From NCBI GenBank assembly GCA_964016885.1, contig OZ024743.1, positions 331,266,001 through 331,330,000 on the forward strand: a stretch of 64,000 nucleotides of DNA. The letters are read 5' to 3'. The translations under genes and the position numbers were made by a program. Of this stretch, positions 13,991-26,455 are shown piece after piece. The notes below the pieces were generated by a model. That model saw nothing but the letters and a program-made list of their open reading frames with translations, searched no databases and was not told where the DNA came from. The first letter of the stretch is position 1. Every line of letters begins with the position of its first letter. This DNA is from Eledone cirrhosa. Taxonomy: Eukaryota.

Positions 13991-15974
13991 CTGAAAAATA
14001 TAAAAATGGTTGATTCATTTTAACAGCAAATATACATGAGATTTGAAGGCAGCTTTTAAAACCTAGTGGTTAAAAGTGTTGGGTTAACAATCATGAGGTT
14101 ATAGGTTTTATTCCTAGACCAAGGTACTTTATTTGAAGGCAGATTGATGACCTAGTGGTTAGGCTGTTGGGTTAACAATCATGAGGTTGTGGGTTTGATT
14201 GCTAAACCAAGTAATATGTTATGTCTGAGCAAAGTACTTTATTTCACGTTGCTATAAGTCATCCAGCTGAAGGTGGGTATGAGCAGCAACAGTGAGGGGG
14301 TGGGGGGCTGCAATTGACAGTCATCTTGTTCAGTGGGAAGGGTTCTTGTACTCACAGTCTATGAATTCTCATGAAACCAGGATAATCTCTGGGTTTAGAA
14401 AACAGACATAAAACATAGTTAAAAGCGATATCTCTTTCATAGTGAGGTTAATCAGATTATATTGTTTGAAAGGCGAGACAGGTAAATGGACCTCCACCAG
14501 TTTCTATGATGAGCGATCCAGTTGTTTGACCAATGGAGAGGTCTACTTGTAAAATTAACATGTAAGTGACTGGGTATTCCACTATTCCACAGACATGTGT
14601 ACTCTTAGCATAATCATCAGTGAGATTCAGCATGAGAGAGAGAGAGAGAGAGAGAGAGACAACTGGACCTTTGAATTACAGATGCAATCCACCCAACAGA
14701 CAGTTCCACTCAGGATGTTTGGGACTGATGCAAGGTTACTTGCCCAACATGCCATATGGTGGGATGAACCTTGGATCTCCTGATTGTAAAATGAACTTTT
14801 TAAACATTCATCCATACTACATCCAACCACATTACATCCTACTTTCCCAAAAAACAAAACACAATGTGATAATGTAATCCACAATACACAGTATCAGAAA
14901 TAAAGATGAAATGGTTATAACAGGAATGCTTTGATCAGAGGTTAGCTGGATGAGGGCCAACTTGAAATTAAACATCATCATCATTACAGTGAGTGTCCTT
15001 GGATAACGTTGATAATTATACTTCTCCATTTGTCCCAATCCAACATGGCTTCTGTGAGTTCATTCTTTCTAACTCTCATGTCTTTACAAACCCGCTCCAG
15101 AAACACAGCATCAAGCCAACATCTTTTTCTTTCACCATGTGTGGGTTTCCATCTCTTTTGTGAGTGTCCAATAACTAGTTACAGATACTACAGTGTACTG
15201 TGGTGGGTGTAATATTTTTGTCAAATACTTTTGCTGTACCACATCAAAATTTCACTTTAAAACTTAAAGAACCTAACATAGAGCAGGAATAGGATGTGAC
15301 AATGGACGTTAAGGACACTTTAACTGTTCCAAAATTGTAATATCTAATCAATAAGATATTGATGAGATCTTAGATCACACCTCAAGAGAAGATTAAGATG
15401 AATAACCCCTCTGAAAGGCCACATCATCAAAAAGTCATCTCGCCCTAATCTATTACTAGCAGCAAGCTAGCTAACCATATTCTAAGTGCAATTTTTGTTC
15501 TATAAAAAACTGAAAAACAAAACCAAAAAAGATCTTATTTTCTTGGAATGAAAGCCCCTATGAAAAAGACAGAACAAATATTTCTGTTAAGGGTTCAAAG
15601 GAAAATAATAAATGCAATTATTTCTTTCTTTCATTTTCTGTTAAAAATATATTCAGTTTTATGCTACTTAATAGAATTAAGAACCTTATGAACGATAGCA
15701 ATATGGAAAAGATATAAGAAAGTAATTGCTTGACTTTCAATTGGTTTATTTTCAATGATAACCCACTTATAGATCTTCTGAAAATATGTCAGTTACTTTT
15801 GGGCTGGCAGAATTGTTAGAATGTTGGACTTGCATTATTTTGTCCAACATTTGGCTCTTTATGTTCTGATTTCAAATCCCACCAATGTCAACTTTACCTT
15901 TTATTCTTTAAGTGTCAATAAAATAAAATAGTAGTCAGGTACTGGTGTTAATATAATCGACTGTTATCTACCCT

Positions 15975-17100
15975 ATTCTCACATTGAACTGAAATGTACT
16001 CATTTTGAAATCACAATCCCCACTTTGATGTGACAGTTGCTCACTTTGAAATCGCTACCCCCACTTTTATATGACAATTGCTCATTTTGAAATCACTATC
16101 CCCACTTTTATATGAGAATTGTTCATTTTGAAATCACTATCCCCACTTTTATATGAGAATTGTTCATTTTGAAATCACTATCCCCACTTTTACATGACAT
16201 TTGCTCCATGAAGACTGGAAAACCTTCTCAACATGTGCTTGAAATCCTGCAAACCATTCTGGGAATCAATGAAGACCCTCCAGGACAACAACTTTAATCT
16301 AAAGGAAGAGTGACAAAGATCATGGAATGAGTCCAAATTTGTCACCCAGCATCTCGTCTAGGACCCCACATCTAAACTAGTTGGCTTTGACCTTTCCAGA
16401 AAGCAAAGGGTGTCCCTAAATTGGATCCGCACAACACATGCCAGGACAGCCCATCATCTTCATTGATGGAAAATGAAAGACAGCCCAGCATGTAACTGTG
16501 GGGACCTTGACCAGACAGTACAGCATGCTATTTGACATTGACCCCTCAGATATTTTCCTGGCAGAAATCCATAATGTTGCAAATGACGCCTAGGTCTGGC
16601 ATGACAGTCTCGACCTGTCTCTCTAGCTACTGTGCATATGTCATATGACAAGAAGAAGAAGATTTTGAAATCACTATTCTCATTTTGATGCAACTTGTGC
16701 TCACATTGAAATCACTATTCTCACTTTGATGTGACACATGCTTACTTTGATGCCACATGTGCTAAGGTTGAAATCCTTATTTACACTTTGATGTAACATG
16801 TGCTAACGTTGAAATCCTTATTTACACTTTGATGTAACATGTGCTAACGTTGAAATCCTTATTTACACTTTGATGTAACATGTGCTAACGTTAAAATCCT
16901 TATTTACACTTTTTGTGGAAGAACGGACGTAAAACGGTGATGATGATGTAACATATGCTGACGTTAAAATCCTTATTTACACTTTGATGTAACATATGCT
17001 GACATTAAAATCCTTATTTACACTTTGATGCAACATGTGCTCACTAAGAAATCACTATTTTCACTTCGAAGTGAAATGTGCTAATCTTGAAATCCTTATT
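15975..17100. repeat. 41-42 bp minisatellite (tgaaatc..tat...cacttt.atg), interrupted by a LINE relic
   Basis: Units at about 15975-16200 and 16640-17100. Confidence 0.85.
16203..16641 (+). pseudogene. Decayed 3' end of an Ingi/Vingi-like LINE (CCHC zinc finger, (AAG)n tail)
   Basis: GFDLSRKQRVSLNWIRTTHARTAHHLH*WKMKDSPACNCGDLDQTVQHAI*H*PLR, followed by an aagaagaag tail. Confidence 0.65.
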
Positions 17101-17157
17101 TATTCACAAAGAATTACAAAAAAAAACTGTAGTTGATCTTATGGTAAAATCCCTTAC

Positions 17158-17241
17158 CTGTTCCAACTTCCGTGCAACCCATTCCTTAATTTTGACAGCT
17201 TTCTCTTCCACCAATTTTGCATCATGTTGTCTTTGTTTTTT
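17158..17241 (-). CDS. PLEKHH: Exon of PLEKHH1/2-like gene: KKQRQHDAKLVEEKAVKIKEWVARKLEQ
   Basis: Acceptor ctctttcag and donor CAG|gtaagg. 84 nt, phase 0-0. Contains the family signature EEKA(A/V)KIKEWV. Too short to appear in the ORF track. Confidence 0.9.
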
Positions 17242-17884
17242 CTGAAAGAGAATCGGTAAAAGAATAATAAAATAAATAAAAACACAAACAAAAATAATTG
17301 CTATATCGGCATAATGATTCTTTTGTCCTTTTTAAAGTTTCACCACATGACACATTGGTAAAATGGCAGGAATTGAAATGAGAGTTGATTTGATGATATT
17401 AACTCTTTAGCATTTACAATAGGTAGGGAGGTGAGGAGACCTCAGATCGCTGAAGCTCACGGTGGAGATGATGAAGGACCGTGACTGTGTTGAATAGGAC
17501 CCGTCCCACCCTTGCAAGCAGGGAAAAGCGGACGTATGATGATGATGATGATTATATATACTATTGTATTTTTGTGGTATAGTCTTTATCTTACATAATT
17601 ATCTCACATAATATTGAATCTTTCAGATTTTGATATTATTTCTTTTAAGAACAATACCTTAACATAATTATTAGCAGCAAGTTATGGCCGATTTGAACAG
17701 AAAGAAATATGAGAATTCTGGCCGGATATGGCTGGTTTAAATGCTAAAGGGTTAAAGATAAAGAGATTCAGAACATTAGTAAATGTGAACAGTGAAGAAG
17801 TCTTTGAGCTTCAGAGAGCTGAGGTGATACCTACTCTCTCATATGATTGATTATATATATATATATAAATATATACACACACAC

Positions 17885-17933
<49 letters not shown>

Positions 17934-17975
17934 ATAATAATAAAATGTGGAGAGGAAGCACACGAGTTAGGATAT

Positions 17976-19467
17976 CATCATCATCATCATCATCATCGTC
18001 GTTTAACGTCCATGTTCCATGCTTGCATGGGTTTGGACGGGAGTTTTCCCACTTGAGGCAAGAGTGGTTGTCTTGCTCGCATAGGACTGTCTGGTGGGTT
18101 TTCTACAGCTGGATGCCCTTCCTAATACCAACCACGTTTACAGTGTGGGACTGGGAGGTTTTTACTGTGTTACCTACACGGCCACATTACAGCGTGGACT
18201 GTGTGTTTTTTTTTTGTCGTGACACCTACACGATCTCATTTGTTTCGGCCTGGATGTTGTGGCACCAACATAACTTTACATTGAAAGGGGCGGTGTGGAT
18301 GGGGTGGGGGTGTATTTTGTTAGAGGTGCCTACTGACTGTAGTAGGTTTTACTTTGTATTTAGGTAAGGCGGGTCTTCTCTGTTACTGAGTACCGCCAAA
18401 GATCTCGGTCCAGTGACATTGTCTTGGAGAGGTGTAAGTGTGTGAGGTCGGAATTTATCAGGTCGTCCCAGGTTTTTCTGGGTCTGCCTACTCCGTGGCT
18501 ACCGTCTATCTTTATTGCCCTGCACTTTTTTATACAGCTGTCGTCTTTCATGCGCATCATGTGACCATACCAACGTAGCCTACTCTCGAGTAAACATCAT
18601 CTGATCCCTCTTATTTCTAATTTTTCCCTTAGTTCGTTTATGCTTTGCCATTCATGTATATTACTATTACACATCCAGCGGAGCATGCAAGCTTCGTTCC
18701 TCTCCAGTCTGCGTATATCCTCTGCACACAATGCCCAGGTCTCACTGCCATGCAACATTGCTGTTCGTATGCAGGCATCATACAACCTGCCTTTCATTTT
18801 TAGGGAGAACCCTTTAGTGGCTAATAGTGGTATAAGCTCTCTGAACTTTTTCCATCCAGTTCTGACTCTAGCTACTGTACTTTCAGAGCACCCTCCCCCA
18901 CTGCTGATTTTGTCACCCAGGTAACGGAAGCTGTCCACTATTTCTATAGAACCATCTGTGCAATGGAATGAGCTAGTATTCTGGGGGCACTTGCTGCTAC
19001 TTATTGCACCAGAGCACCGGCCACATGTAAAATCTATGTTCTTAGTTAGCTTACCTGTGATCCCACTACATCTTTTATGCACCCCTACTTTGCATTTGGG
19101 ACATAAAATGGAGTTTCTACCTACGCCTTTCCTACACACTGAGCATGGCCATTTCCCGGAAGGGACCGGTGCCTTATTTTCTTTCCTACAAACTAGAACT
19201 TTAGTCTTAGCCAGGTTAATTTTAAGGCCTTTTGATTCTAGGCCGTGCTTCCATGTTTGGAATTTCTTCTCTAGCTCGGTCATTGATTCAGCTATGAGCG
19301 TTAGATCATCTGCGTATAGGAGTTCCCATGGGCAGCCGGTCTTGAACTCCACTGTTATAGCCTGAAGGGCAATAATAAATAGTAGGGGGCTAAGAACAGA
19401 GCCCTGATGAACACCAACTTTTACGCTAAACTCTTCACTATATTCGTTGTTAATTCTAACCTTGCTG
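17976..19467 (-). mobile_element. 5'-truncated RTE LINE (subfamily A) with RT motifs and an inserted PHD-like finger
   Basis: GVHQGSVLSPLLF, LLYADD, KINLAKTKVL, then a CSVC..CPKC..H..C..CGRC insert, then FRYLG. One nonsense codon at about 18597 and a (cat)n tail. Confidence 0.95.
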
Positions 19468-19482
19468 ATATATATATATATA

Positions 19483-19922
19483 TGAAAACAGGGAGAAAGA
19501 GACGATTATTAGGAAGAAAAATATATTTTTTTCCTTTTTTGTCTCTCTCTCTCTCTCTCTTTTCTGGGTTACAAAATGATTAAAACGAAATGTTTTACTT
19601 TGTGTGAAGTGTTAAGGTATTAGTTGATTTATTTATTATTTTACAATGGCATTTATTTGTCTATTTATATATTTAATCATTTCACTATCATTTGATAATG
19701 CATAAAAATGCTGAAACCGGTAATAGACAATAATTAAATATATAAATAGACAAATAAATGCCATTGTTAAATAATAAATAAATCAACTAATACCTTAACA
19801 CTTCACACAAAGTAAAACATTTCGTTTTAATCATTTTCTAACCCAGAAAAAAGAGAGAGAGAAACAAAAAAGAAAAAAAAAATATTTTTCTTCCTAATAA
19901 TCATCTCTTTCTCCCTGTTTTC

Positions 19923-19923
<1 letters not shown>
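19483..19923. mobile_element. 441-bp fold-back element (~195-bp inverted arms, ~55-bp spacer) in (TA)n; Penelope-type inverted end or MITE
   Basis: 19483-19677 is the near-perfect reverse complement of 19733-19923. TA repeats on both sides. Confidence 0.8.
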
Positions 19924-19963
<40 letters not shown>

Positions 19964-20469
19964 TATAATTAATAATACTAGCAGAAAAACCACCCTTTGC
20001 GTGGTTTTCTGCTGACATGTGTAGTGTGCATATTGATATTATACACAAATATACAAGCATGTAGATATGATACATCAAATAAAATCGTAATTGACAATAT
20101 ACACAGAAATTGAACGAAGTCTGTGTTACACTCTCTTCTGTAATCAGTAAAGTAATCCATGATACATTAAAAAAAGACGATATTATATATAAACTGCACT
20201 ACAGTGAAATGTAATGAAAACAAAAAAGGAGAAAATTAACGATGGAAATATAAACGTTATATAACGATGCAAATATATGAATGTTTATATAAGCGATATA
20301 ATATAGTGTACGTTATATCATAACTGGAAGTATTGACATTTGAAAATTTTTAAAGAAGTGAATCTTAAAATAAGCAATCATTATATATAAGAATATTTAT
20401 GTTTAAGCAACAGCTACGAAATTTAGTACATAAATCATAAAATATTCATTCATTATTTATTGAAAGTAA

Positions 20470-20610
20470 TAGAGTTACGGCCCTTTATAGTCTGAGTTCA
20501 AATCCCGCCGAGGTTAATTTTGCCTTTCATCCTTACGGGGTCGATAAAATAAAGTACCAGTAATGCACTGGGATAATTGCTGGCCTTGTGCCAAAAGTAG
20601 AAATAATTAT
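20470..20610 (+). mobile_element. Octopus-type SINE (same family as 6790-7450)
   Basis: ctgagttcaaatcccgccgaggttaattttgcctttcatccttacggggtcgataaaataaagtaccagta. Others at about 15800-15960, 28175-28345 and 29525-29945. Confidence 0.8.
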
Positions 20611-21339
20611 TTATTGAAAGTAATCCAACAACTTATTTTACTAACGAGGTAAAAAAATATATTCAGGACACGCATTCATCCCTTTATTATATTATGATGA
20701 GAGAAATTATATATACATATACATCTTTTTCTTTGCCCACTTATTCCCAAGAGGGTCATGGGGGCAGAGACCTCAAACATTCCTTTCAGCCGCTGCAGTC
20801 TGGGTTTTACCTATCACTATACCCGCTCTGCATCAACTATGCATTGAGTACTTCCCTGATTAGTGGTCTCCTTGGTATCAGTACCACAGACACTCTCTCT
20901 CTGTATCATCATCACTGTTTTACATCCATTCTTCCACACTATCATGGGTTAGACGAGTTGTCCTGTTGTGGGCAATGCTAGGTCAGGTGACCATGCCTTG
21001 CTTATATGGAACTGATTTTGGCTTGGTCTCTATAGACGGATGTCCTTCCTAATGCCAACCTCATTTACAGTGTCGACAGGGTGCTTTTTGTCGTATATAT
21101 GTATATATATATATATGCTTCTAACTCTGCCATGGATTTAGCTGATGTCTTAATAAGTAGGAAGGACAGGATGCTGATACTCTTAGGGAAGTGGCCTAGC
21201 TCAATGTATCAACAAGTAGTGCACACAGTGTAATTTATGGAAGCGCTAGAGATGTAGTGGGGTTACAGGTAGGTTAACAGAGAAATTAGACTTTGTATAT
21301 TGCAGTTGCACAGGAGAAGTAAGCATGAAGAGCACAAGT

Positions 21340-21993
21340 GAAATTGATTCACTCAGCTGCAAAGGAGGCTCCCTAGAATTTGTTGACAGCTTTTGCTACT
21401 TAGAGGGCCTAATCATCAGAGGAGGATGATATTCTGAAAGTGTGATAGCCAGGGTTGGGAGAGGTTTAGGGAGCTGACAACAAAAGGCTTCTCTCAAAGA
21501 GTGAAGTGTAGATTGTATGACTTCTGCATGCAAACTGCAAAGCTACATGCCAGTGAAATGTGGGCCTTGACTGCAGAAGGTCTGCAAAGGCTAGAAAGAA
21601 ATGGAGTATGCTAAAATGGATGTGTAATGCCAGTGTGCATGAGCTGAGAAAAAAAAGTAGACATAAGAGGAATTGGATGCAAGAGAGAATATTGTCTGAG
21701 TATGGACATGTGAGGCATATGGAAGTTGACAGCTGTACAAAGTGCAGAGAAATCTCAAAGGATGGGATTCTGGGAAGGAGCAAACCCAGAAAAACATGGG
21801 ATAAGATAGTAAGGACTGATCTTGAGAAACTAAACCTCACAAAAGAGATGACAAATTATCTCAAGGACTGGCAACATGTTGTACTGGTGAAGACTTGCCT
21901 ACCAACCTAAAACATGACCTGATCTATACCTGTACCTTCCCGCCCACTATGATAAAAACAATGATGATCATGATAAGGATGATGATGATGATG
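21340..21993 (+). pseudogene. Old, degenerate RTE LINE 3' portion
   Basis: SMLKWMCN...YGHVRHME..CTKCR...GRSKPRKTWD, followed by a (gat)n tail. Confidence 0.8.
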
Positions 21994-22929
21994 CTAGTGA
22001 TTTGGTATTGTCAATAGAGGCAATTGTGATATAGTTGAAGCAGTAACTAAGCTAAAACTGGCAGAGGAGATGACGAAGGAATGTGATGACTGGAGCGATA
22101 CTGTGCTCAGAAGGACCCATCCAACCCATGCAAACATGGAAAAATGGACGTGCTTATGAATCTTTTTGTGAACAACTTGCCTGAAACTGGCCCTGGTTCT
22201 AGGATACAAACTCAGCATGTTAAAGAGATTTTATTTATTTAATCCTACCAACATAAATCTATATACGAACCTCAGTTAAGTTATGTTCCGAACATCAGCT
22301 TAATCATGAGAAAATTAGTTATATTACTAAACATTTCCCAAAACTTGGGTTTTGTAAAGGATAAACAGTGTTTTTCATTAGAAATGAGGCAAGGAAAGGG
22401 TTAAAAGAGAAGCAAATATAAACCCAATGGAATAGAGTAAAACTAATCTGTTATGTGTCATATATACAATAAAGAACTGTCACTTCAAAGAGAAGTGGAG
22501 ACATGTTATACAAGTAGAGAAGTTAGCATATTTCATTGTCATGTTTCCAACACATCTACAGACTTTATGGAAATCGTTCATTGTACTCTTACATTTTTTT
22601 TTTTATGTGGAAATGATTAAAGGAAGTATACATCCATTTTCAATGTTAGCATGGGTTAGACGGCTTGTCCTGATGTCAGTCAAAAAGACAGAACAGATGA
22701 TCATGTCTTGCTCAAACAGAACTGTTTCTGGTTTGTTTTCTACAGCTGAATATTCAGCATCATCGTCATTTAACGTTCATCTTCCACATGCTAGCATAGG
22801 TAGGACGCCCTTCCTAATGTCAAACACATTACAGTGTGGATTTATATATGTGTGTGTGTATATATATATACATGTGTGTGTGTTTGAGTACATATGCGTG
22901 TATGTATGCGTGTGTGTATATATACATAC

Positions 22930-23113
22930 ACACTGTACTTACTGTAAATGAGGTTGGTGTTACGAAGGGCATCCAGCTGTAGAAATCAAGCTAAAATCAG
23001 TTCTGTATGAGCAAGACACAGTCACCTGACCTGGCATTGCCCACAATAGGACAACCCGTCTAACCCATGCTAGCGTGGAAGAATGGACGTAAAACGGTGA
23101 TGATGATGATGAT
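22930..23113 (+). mobile_element. Short RTE subfamily B 3' end in TA/CA repeats
   Basis: Reverse complement of the 3686-3870 and 20905-21093 type ends. Confidence 0.8.
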
Positions 23114-23382
23114 ATATATATACATATATATACACACACACACACAAAAACATAAACTCACATACACATATGTATGGAAAATTAAAGTGACAAATCAAAA
23201 AGAAAAATACTTGGGAGAAAAAGAAAAGCCGTTTCCATAGAGACATCTCTCACACACAGATACATGTGTACATATATGTGTGTGTGTGCATGTGTGTGTG
23301 TGTGTGTGATGGAATTAATGAATGTGACCATTGCTTGTTAATGAGCTTCAATGCAAAGATATATTTTAGCCCAGTTGATAGC

Positions 23383-23425
<43 letters not shown>

Positions 23426-23809
23426 GTGTATATATATATGCATAAATCATCATCATTATTATCACTGTATGCTTGCTCATCTATGGGTTTGATAACACAC
23501 ATACATATGCATACATACACACACACACACATATGTGCATGCATACACACACACATATGCATACATGCATACACACACATATGGATACATGCACACAGAC
23601 ACATTGACATATATGCATACACACACACGCATATATATATGCCCCCCCCCACACACGCACATGCATACATACACACACACAGACATGCACACACACACAC
23701 ACATCGACATATATGCATACACACATAGATATATATGCATACATTTGTTGCTGGAATTAACCAATTGTAAAGCTGTATACTAATGGCCTGTCTTTTCTGC
23801 TGACAGTAA

Positions 23810-23812
23810 CTT

Positions 23813-23861
<49 letters not shown>

Positions 23862-23885
23862 GATAGAAGTAGTAGCAGTAGTAGC

Positions 23886-23924
<39 letters not shown>

Positions 23925-23990
23925 GGTGGTGGTGGTGGTGGTGGTGGTGGTGGTGGTGGTGGTGGTGGTGGCAGTAGTAGCAGTAGTAGC

Positions 23991-24026
<36 letters not shown>

Positions 24027-24135
24027 GGTGGTGGTGGTAGTAGCAGTAGTAGTAGTAGTAGTATTAGTAGTAGTAGTAGTAGTAGCAGCAGCAGCAGTAT
24101 TAGTAGTAATAGTAGTGGTAGTAATAGTTGTTGTT
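23810..24135. repeat. (GTA/GTG/GCA)n trinucleotide microsatellite
   Basis: Direct inspection. Confidence 0.95.
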
Positions 24136-24217
24136 CTCTTGGCATTGTCATTCTTGGAATCCATTTATCATTGATGAGTGAGTCATTTAGTTGCATGTTG
24201 TAAAGTCTCTCATGTTG

Positions 24218-24343
24218 GGAGATGTTAAGGGAGAGATGTTAAGGGAGAGATGTTAAGGGAGAGATGTTAAGGGAGAGATGTTAAGGGAGAGATGATAAGG
24301 GAGAGATGATAAGAGAGAGATGTTAAAGGAGAGATGTTAAAGA
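24218..24343. repeat. 15-bp tandem repeat (gggagagatgttaa..) about 8 copies
   Basis: Direct inspection. Confidence 0.9.
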
Positions 24344-24854
24344 GAACAACAAACTGGACTGATTAAAACAAAAATAATTAAACAAAAACAAACAAAGATA
24401 TGAACCGGACAAAAAAGAAAAATGGTTGGCTTCGCAACATGTGGGTTTAGGGGTCAATCTTGCTACATGGCATCTTGGAGCAAGTGTCATCTTGTATGGA
24501 TTGAAAAGGACCCCGTCCAAGCCATAGAGGATGGAAAAATGGATGTAGAAATGATGATGATATGCATATATACATGTATACATGTTAGTGAAGGTGCATC
24601 CCCGAGTGGTTGGAGAACTGGATTAGCAATCAGTTCCTGGACTGGGCAATGCATTATGTCCTTGAGCAAGACGCTTTATTTCACATTGCTCCTTCTGCCT
24701 GGATTTGCAACTGGTAGATAGTATTAGCAATCGGAAAGACCAATGGAAACATTGTTTCCTCAGTCTTATGTGATGAGCTCCACATAGTGATGTTAAGCAA
24801 ATGAGGTCTGGAATCTTGTCAATTGACTATCATATATATATATATATATATATA

Positions 24855-26455
24855 CAGTGCCCCGCAAAAGTTTACAACACATTAGGAAAAATGCGGTTTT
24901 AGGTATTTTTAATAAAGTTAGGGTAATGAAAATTTAACTACTGATAGAACTTATAATGAGGCATTTAATGATACAATCATATTTTTTTTAAAATAACAAG
25001 GAAATAACTCATGAAGACAAATCAATATTTTTATAATGCAAAAGTTTACAACCAATTTATTAAATCATCTCTTAATATTTCGTAGCGTAACCTTTGTTGC
25101 TAATTACAGCCTGTAGGCGTTTGGAGTAGCCTCTTACAAACTTCTTGCATGTTTCTTGGCTAATATTTTTCCATTCTTCACAACAAATTTTCTTTAGTTC
25201 AGGGATATTTTGGGGTTTCCTTTTTTGAATTCTGAGTTTCAGTTCTCTCCACAAATTTTCGATCAGATTAAGATCTGGAGACTGACTTGGGCATTTTAGA
25301 ACATTTGTTCCATTCGTACTTAACCAAGATTGTGTTAGCTTTGCAGTATGCTTTGGATCATTATCTTGTTGAAAAAAAACAACCTGGCTTTAGGCTGAGA
25401 GAATGTGCACTTTGATGTAAATTCCTTTGCAAAATACCTCTATAATAAGTGCCATCCATTCTTCCTTCTATTATTTCAATATTTCCTACACCTGTGGCAC
25501 TAAAGCAACCCCAGACCATGACTGATCCACCTCCAAATTTTACAATTTGAATAGTATTCTTCAGCGAATATTCAGTACCTTTCTTTCTCCAGACTTTTGC
25601 CACAGTATTTCGACCAAAAAGTTCAATTTTTGTTTCGTCCGACTAAAGTACATCTTCCCAAAATGACGCAGGTTTGATGAGATGCTCATTTGTAAAGTTT
25701 AATCGACGAAGAACGTGTTTCCTCGTAAGAAGTGGTGTTTTCCTTGGAGACCTCGAGAAGATATTATATCAACGAAGTGAACGACTAATTGTATCTGTGC
25801 TCACTTTTACTCCACTTCCTTCTAGGTCATCCTAAAGATTTTTAAGAGTACACTGGGGTTCGTTGCCAACCTTTCTCATCAATAACCGAGCTGCACGTTC
25901 CGTTATCTTTCTAGGACAACCAGAACTAATTAGAGGACAGGTGGAATGATGAGATTTCCAGTGACTGAACACAATGGCACATTTAACTGACAAGATATCT
26001 TTCTATAACCAACACCATTTGTATGAAGGTCTACAATGCGTTTACGGTGGTCTTCATCAATCAGTTTATTTTTCCCCATATTGTCCATGTTTACAGAACG
26101 GTTGTCAATGTTTACAGGATGGTTGTCAGACAAATAATGACGTAATGTTTTTAATTGTCCTTAGAAGTTACCGTAAACCTAATCTAGAACATTCTACTGA
26201 ATTTTAAATCTGAAAATTTAAGAATTTTCTTGAAAAAAAACGATAAATATAAAATGTGTTGTAAACTTTTGCGTTATAAAAATATTGATTTTTCTTCATG
26301 AGTTATTTCCTTGTTATTTTTTTTTAAATATGATTGTATCATTAGATGCCTCACTATATGTTCTATCAGTAGTTAAATTTTCATTACCCTAACTTTATTA
26401 AAAATACCTAAAACCGCATTTTTCCTAATGTGTTGTAAACTTTTGCGGGGCACTG
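24855..26455 (-). mobile_element. Full-length but inactivated Tc1-family (DD34E-type) transposon with ~200-bp IR/DR terminal inverted repeats
   Basis: TA|CAGTG...CACTG|TA ends and ~200-bp TIRs, each with gcaaaagtttacaac at both ends. Transposase motifs SDETKIELF, GGGSVMVWGCF, QQDNDPKH, SPDLNLIENLW, KGYATKY, with stops and frameshifts. Confidence 0.95.
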
